DNA of 64,000 nucleotides from Marsupella aquatica (Eukaryota; Plantae; Marchantiophyta): NCBI GenBank assembly GCA_973895155.1, contig OZ316899.1, positions 1,573,573 to 1,637,572 of the forward strand, read 5' to 3'. Shown piece by piece: positions 58,779 to 64,000 of this stretch (position 1 is its first letter; each line of letters starts with the position of its first letter). The notes under the pieces were generated by a model. It saw only the letters and a program-made list of their open reading frames with translations, ran no database searches and was not told where the DNA came from. The position numbers and the translations under genes were made by a program.

Positions 58779-59764
58779 CTCGGTAAGGGCCACGATGTTA
58801 TCTGGTGGCTTAGCCTCCAGCTTGACTTTCGTCTTCCCTCTCCTTCTGCCCTTCCTTTTCCTAGTTTTTTCTTCTTCAGAACTAGAAGATGACTCACTCT
58901 TGCTACTTCCACTATCCGAGCTTGAGTTATCACTTCTTGACTTCTTAGAATGTTTCTTCTTCTTATCTTTTTTCTTATGGGGTGATCCCTCCTCTGATGA
59001 GGAACTCTCAGACTTAAGCTGTTTCTTCCGGCTTGTGATATCTGCATTAATGTATAATTGAATATCCTTAATTGCTTCGGCTAAAGTCTCCGGGTTCTCC
59101 TTCCTAATTGCAAAACTCATCTTCTGTGGCAAAGCATTCACCAACCATTGAAGTTGCATACCTTCAGATGCATTGGTCTTTGTACGTCTTACCAGTTTCT
59201 GAAAGCGTTGCAAGAACTTCCTGAAGGATTTGTTCTCCTTGAACCAAAGTCGTCCCAACTTCAGCACTGCTAGTTCTGAAGTTCCAATGGGTCAAAACTC
59301 CTTAACAAAGAGTGTTTTGAAGATATCCCAGATGGCTTGATCTTCCACATCTAATGCTCTGTACCAAGGCCTAGCCTCACCCTTGAACAGGCCGGGAAGA
59401 ATCTGCATCTTGATGGCCGATTCTCCATTTGCTGTAGCGGTTCCCTCGAAATCATCCAACCATTCGTCCGGATCCTCATCTCCTCTCCCATGAAATGCCT
59501 TGTAATGTATGCGCGACCGTTGGCTCAGTCTGGTCCCTGGCCTCTCGTCTGGCCGTGCCTCTGGTTCCCCCATGTCGGTTGGAGACTCACTTCTCTTACC
59601 AACTCTTCTTCTGGTATGTCTTCTTCGACGCCACTTCCAGTTTTGGAGCTACCAGCTCTTTCTGCCCCTCTCAGTCGCTGTGTATCATGCCACCCGGCGA
59701 GCTGCTGCAGTCGAGCTCTCTCCCGTTGAATCACTCTTTCTTCCCTCGGCGTAAGGTCAGTCAT
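58779..59764 (-). pseudogene. gag: Element D gag, N-terminal part (frameshift and stop)
   Basis: HYKAFHGRGDEDPDEWLDDFEGTA...GEARPWY...LQWLVNALP is homologous to C gag; stop at 59292. Confidence 0.87.
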
Positions 59765-59810
59765 TACCTACGCTTCCTTTCTAACTTCATATCTCACGGC
59801 TTAAGAAATG

Positions 59811-59829
59811 CCCCCTCCATCTAGCGCCA
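59811..59829 (-). promoter_or_regulatory. Primer-binding site of element D, tRNA-Asn-like
   Basis: TGGCGCTAGATGGAGGGGG, 4 nt after the LTR end CACCACA. Confidence 0.8.
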
Positions 59830-59833
59830 AAAA

Positions 59834-62800
59834 TGTGGTGCGTCCCATGGCTCCCTAAACCCAAGAAACCCCCCAGCTCAAGCCGATTCCCGCAGGTTTC
59901 GCGCTTGGCGAGGCCGTTTCCGCGGCTTAGCGGCATGGAACGCTGCTAACCTTCTACTACTACTATTAACATTTTACACACATATACTGGACAGATCCTT
60001 CATCGGGTCATGAGATACGTAGCCGGCCTAATCTAGGCCTTCCCTTGTCTTCCCCTCCGTCTTGTTAGGTATGTTTGGATTCCGCCACCGGAATGATCCC
60101 CAATAGGCTTGGTTAAGCCGCTAAGACCTCTCTCAGCTCGACACATCCAACTCTCACTCCCCTGCTTACTTTCCTTCCTTCTGTTAGTTGATGTGGGCAC
60201 TCTTCACACAAGTTAATGCGACACATAAATAGCAAAATGACTCCTTCTGACTGAGTCATACCATGCACTTGCCATACAAACAGTACATCTCATACACAAG
60301 CTCTGCGAACTAAGCCGTGAGGCCAACTCTATTCAGCTCTTAGGCATGAGGAAACATGAATATACACAAGGGTCACTGTATGACTAACCGAGAGCTTCCC
60401 TTACTACTTGATCCCAGCCCGGCTGGTGCAAACTAAAAACTTGCTAAAGAAGAGGCCCTGAGCTCCCCGCTGCCCAGGTACTTATCCTGGTAGTGGATCC
60501 GCCTAATTCTTTGCAGCGTAAGCCTAATCTACCTAACAGTAATCTACTTGCCCGGATCTACCTATGTACAGCAAGGCAGGAGCACAAGTGTTGCTCCTAC
60601 CAGTGGAACCGCAATCCCACTAAGCTAAGTGTCAGGACCGCTCCTGGTCCTGATCCTAATCCTAAACTTGGAGATCAGCGCCCGCCCTGCCCACTCACGC
60701 CTCCTCCCTCCACGTCCGCCCTTCCTAAAAGGAACGGCGCCCTTGCACCGTCACGACACCGGTGGTGGATCCTTAATGGACGCCCCCAACGCTTCCTCCT
60801 CAACCACTGCCGTAGGTTCGTTCTCTGACAGATTACCTGCCCTTGACTGAGTCAACTCTCCATCGGCCTGACTGGGTCCACCATCGGCGTCGGCATCGGC
60901 TCGGGAATCGGTTACGGCCTCAGCCTCGGCTACGGTCTCCCCGGCCTGCTCAAGAGGCGGATCTGGGATACCGGCCTCATTACTGAGTAGTTCGGCTTGG
61001 GCCGCACCATCCCCACCCTTGATGATAGCAGAATCTATTGCCGTATTCATGCCGGAGGTTGGTGCTGGGTCTACCTCCTTGGTCACCACGGCCTGTGGAG
61101 TCGGATTACTCCTTGACCTTGAAGGTTTCCGCTTCTTCTTCTTTTCTGGTTCGGCAGCTGGTCCCTTCCCCTTCCCACTTACTTCCGGCACTGGTGCAGG
61201 TGGCGCGGCTTTTTCTTCGGCCAGTACCACTCCTGGTAACTTGGTTGCCCCAATTGGAGTTGGGCCTGATGAAGACAAGCACTTAAATACTGCGGCTTGT
61301 TTCTTCAGCCGCTCTGTTTGGTTGTCGCCTGCCGCTGGAGGTTCTCCATCTTCCTCGTGATTTCCTCCAACTCCTCCTGGGTCTCATCCAGGTCCTTGCG
61401 CGCCTCCTCTAGTTCCTTCTGGGCTTCCTCCCGTTCTTTTTTCAAGGTAGTCCTCTCCTCCCGGGTTGCTCTTAGCTCCTTGTCGAGCTCTGCAATGATG
61501 ACAGACTCCATCTGGTTCATCTTGGCGTAAGTCTGATCGAGCATCTCGTCCTTCTCCCTTAGGTCGGCCTTGAAGCTGGCCGTCAGGGACGCAAGCTCCT
61601 GCTGCAGCGCCATAATCCCTTGATAGGATTTCCCTAACTCGGCCTCCTTCTGCTCAAGGGCTCCGCGGATTTTCTCGAGCTCCCCCTTCAACGCCCATTC
61701 CTTTCTTTGGGTCTCCGCCATGGCCCGGCTGTTGGCTGTTATGTGGGCCTCCTCTGTATTCTTCAGCTCTTGCTTCCACTTCTCCCTCTCTTTGATCATG
61801 TCGGCCAACTCTCCCTGTGTCTGAGTCAGTTTTTCCTTGATATTCTGATTATCAGCCTGCGCGGTGTCCAACTGCCCCTGCATGATGTTCAGCTCATGCC
61901 GTTTAATCCGCAGTTCATCTTGGGCTTTCTTGGCCGCCCTTAGATCTTCAATCTCGGCTTCCATCCTCCTAAGCCGCCGAATGACCTCGTCCTTCTTGCT
62001 TCTCTCTAAAGCCACCGCTTCTTCTAATTGGTGCTTCTCCAACTGCTCCCTATGGAAAAAGGGTCCTACCTCCAACTCCTCTCCAAAGATGCCGAGCGCA
62101 AGTTCCCCACACATCTCACCATACTCCATGGCTCTATTCTTAGCGTAGGTGGAGTAAGTAGAAGTGATCGGCATCGCCCATCGCGGCCTCTGCTCCCAAG
62201 CCGTCTTGCGGATCTCTTCAATCGTGGCTAGAGGTTTGCTTCCTTTTTCGGCTAGCCGCCTGATGTCCTCCGGCCAATCTCCTCCTGGTAAATCCTTTTC
62301 CCTAGCCAGGGCTGCCTCCTCTTCTTGCCTGATTCGTTCCTGAAATTCCTGCGCCGTCTGTTTTATGCCGTCAAAGCTCGGGGGAGCAACATCTGGTGGG
62401 GAAGACTCAGGGCTACTCTGCTGGTTGGGGTCCCCTCGTACTACCCTTGGAAGTGTGGGGACAAACCGGCCACAGGTCCTTACTCCTGGAACGTGATGGT
62501 CCGACCCATAGTCGGAGTTATCATGGCTGCAGTCCTCCACTGCCTCCTCTACTTCTTGGACGTCTGGCTTCTCCCTCTCCTCTTCGTCGGTAGGAGCTTC
62601 AGGCAATTCTGCCTCAGATTCAGAGCTTGAGACTCCCACATACATTCGAACACCTGGCTTGGATTCCGGCCTGATTCTCTCCTTGTCTCCAGCAAAGGGG
62701 TTTCCTCTTGTGAGCCGGTGTAGGCCTACCTCTGGAGTAGTGTCCTGCATTGTTGCCGTTGCCGTTGTCGTTGCCGATGCCGATCTCTTTTCTTTCTCCA

Positions 62801-64000
62801 GTAGTTTCAGCAGACTCTGCATGCCTGGTTGTTGCATCGGCAAGTCCTCCGTCCTTGGCCTAAACACCTGCTCGATCGTAGGGCTAACAGGTGGTTGAGG
62901 CTTCTCTGCTAACGGCCTTGGTGCTGGAGCTTCCTTGGGTGCCCTTACCTGCAGGGGAAGTACTGGGGCAAAAGTCTGACCTCTGGCATACCGGCACAAC
63001 AGCGGCATGTGATAGCCAAGCCGCGACACGCTCCCCATGCCGATTACCTGCTGCTCCTCCTTTAAGATCTTCTTCAATTGGTTGAGAAGGTACCCATTGT
63101 AGTCCCGGCTTGGGTCTGGCCTCTCTGCCATATAGACCTGTGCCTTGCCGATCTCTGCCCTCGGCAAGTTACAATGCATGGTCACCCGCAAGAAGTCGAT
63201 CATCTCTCCTATGTGCGGGTTGGTGCAGGTGTTCCGGAAGAAGCCATTCTTCGTTGATGGCCCGGGAAACGACCGGAACTCCTTGTCAGGCAAGGTCTTC
63301 CTGGTATCAACTTTGGTCTCATTGCCTATCGGCAAGCCAAACACTTCGGTAATCACTTTGGGAGTAAGATAGAAATCCTTCCCATATATCCTCGTGCAAT
63401 TGGTCTCGGGTTCCCATGACCCCACGAATTCTAATAGGTCTGACTCCGGTACCTCCGGCTTCAGCCATGGTAATCTTACAAAGGCCTCTAAGCCGGATCC
63501 GGCCATGAAGCCTTGGTACTTCTTGGTCTGCATGGCCGTAAAGCATGCATCCTCCTCCCGTGCAAAATGTAGTTGCACCTCCACCAGTAGGGTTGCCGCC
63601 CAGCCCTTCCAGGTGTCATCCCTGGTTGGAATGGCCTTGATGGGATTGACCTCCTCCTCTTTGGCTTCTCCCTGCCTCCTGCTCTGCTGCTCGGCTGGCT
63701 TCTTTGGTGCCGCCGACCTCGTTCTTTTTGCCGGGGTGACTTCATCGTTGACGGCTCCCTTCCTCTTCATCTCTGCTGCCGTGGAGGTTTCTCCTAGCAC
63801 CGTTGCCTGGGTCCACCTTTCCGTGCTACCCTTTAATTCCCAGTGTATGTCGTTGCAGTTCTTGATGGCCTCTCGGATGCCGACGATGCTGTCTTTGCAA
63901 AACAGAAGATCGTCGAGTTGATTGGAAGTAGGAGTCCACAAGAACTCGTCCTTGATGAGTTCGCCTCCTAAGAAAGCCGTCTTCTGCAGCTCCCACAATC
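59834..64000 (-). repeat. Element D 5' LTR (>4.16 kb, continues beyond the window)
   Basis: Ends ...GGGACGCACCACA as in the solo LTR at 25738; PBS-adjacent. Confidence 0.92.
60751..64000 (-). pseudogene. LTR-encoded PMD-like/coiled-coil ORF of D (>=897 open codons, then a 1-bp frameshift near 61330 and a 175-codon tail)
   Basis: FVRLPWLKPEVPESDLLEFVGSWEPETNCTRIYGKDFYLTPKVITEVFGLPIG followed by long coiled-coil; tail 60751-61278 matches 24391-24810. Confidence 0.85.

Larger units (their letters stand above)
40774..64000 (-). mobile_element. Ty3/gypsy element D (non-chromovirus, Athila/Tat-related), 3' LTR truncated, MULE inserted in gag, 5' LTR runs off the window
   Basis: 5' LTR from 59834, PBS 59811-59829, gag-PR-RT-RH-INT, PPT 42341-42350, 3' LTR 40774-42337; the two LTRs differ at about 20 positions over ~1.34 kb (manual count). 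Confidence 0.92.

Noticed and set aside
58668-59267. ORF tail EFTNDSKQITVTGNKFW... as gag sequence
   Set aside because: Residues beyond 58779 are read-through into the MULE terminus.
59821-59828. CTAGCGCC half-site outside the MULE (also at 39619-39626)
   Set aside because: It is part of the tRNA-derived PBS; the similarity to the palindrome half-site is coincidental.
9686-63921. Numerous 60-190 aa ORFs antisense to or overlapping the long TE ORFs
   Set aside because: Shadow ORFs of GC-rich or coiled-coil coding sequence; low-complexity Ser/Leu translations with no independent signals.

Overview
This is a eukaryotic, land-plant-type window made almost entirely of nested transposable elements; no host gene, RNA gene or CRISPR array is supportable. 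A non-seed plant such as a bryophyte is my guess for the host and cannot be confirmed from the sequence. Left to right: (1) the 3' part of a CACTA/En-Spm element (1-7834) with a ~4 kb coding insertion in an intron; (2) the 3' end of a Ty1/copia element whose LTR is split by a 4.0 kb solo LTR; (3) a degenerate Ty3/gypsy remnant; (4) an Athila-like gypsy element B (minus, ~15390-35084) carrying a 297-bp Mutator-like insert and two 4.6 kb solo LTRs in its pol; (5) a truncated gypsy element C (plus, 35597-40773) fused to gypsy element D (minus, 40774 to beyond 64000); (6) an 11.3 kb Mutator-like (MULE) transposon (47513-58778) inserted in D gag. Two systems stand out. First, the MULE carries an apparently intact GCM-like/DDE transposase and, divergently, a spliced ~1220-codon gene fusing a ParB/Srx-like domain to a beta-class N6/N4 DNA-methyltransferase-like domain with a degenerate catalytic motif; it also has 16 copies of a 13-bp palindrome (AGCGCC-N-GGCGCT) confined to its introns and intergenic DNA. 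Second, every gypsy family here has a 3-4.6 kb LTR that itself contains a long PMD-like/coiled-coil ORF, as fixed by TSDs, PPT and PBS positions. All domain calls are by-eye motif recognition, and all counts are manual.
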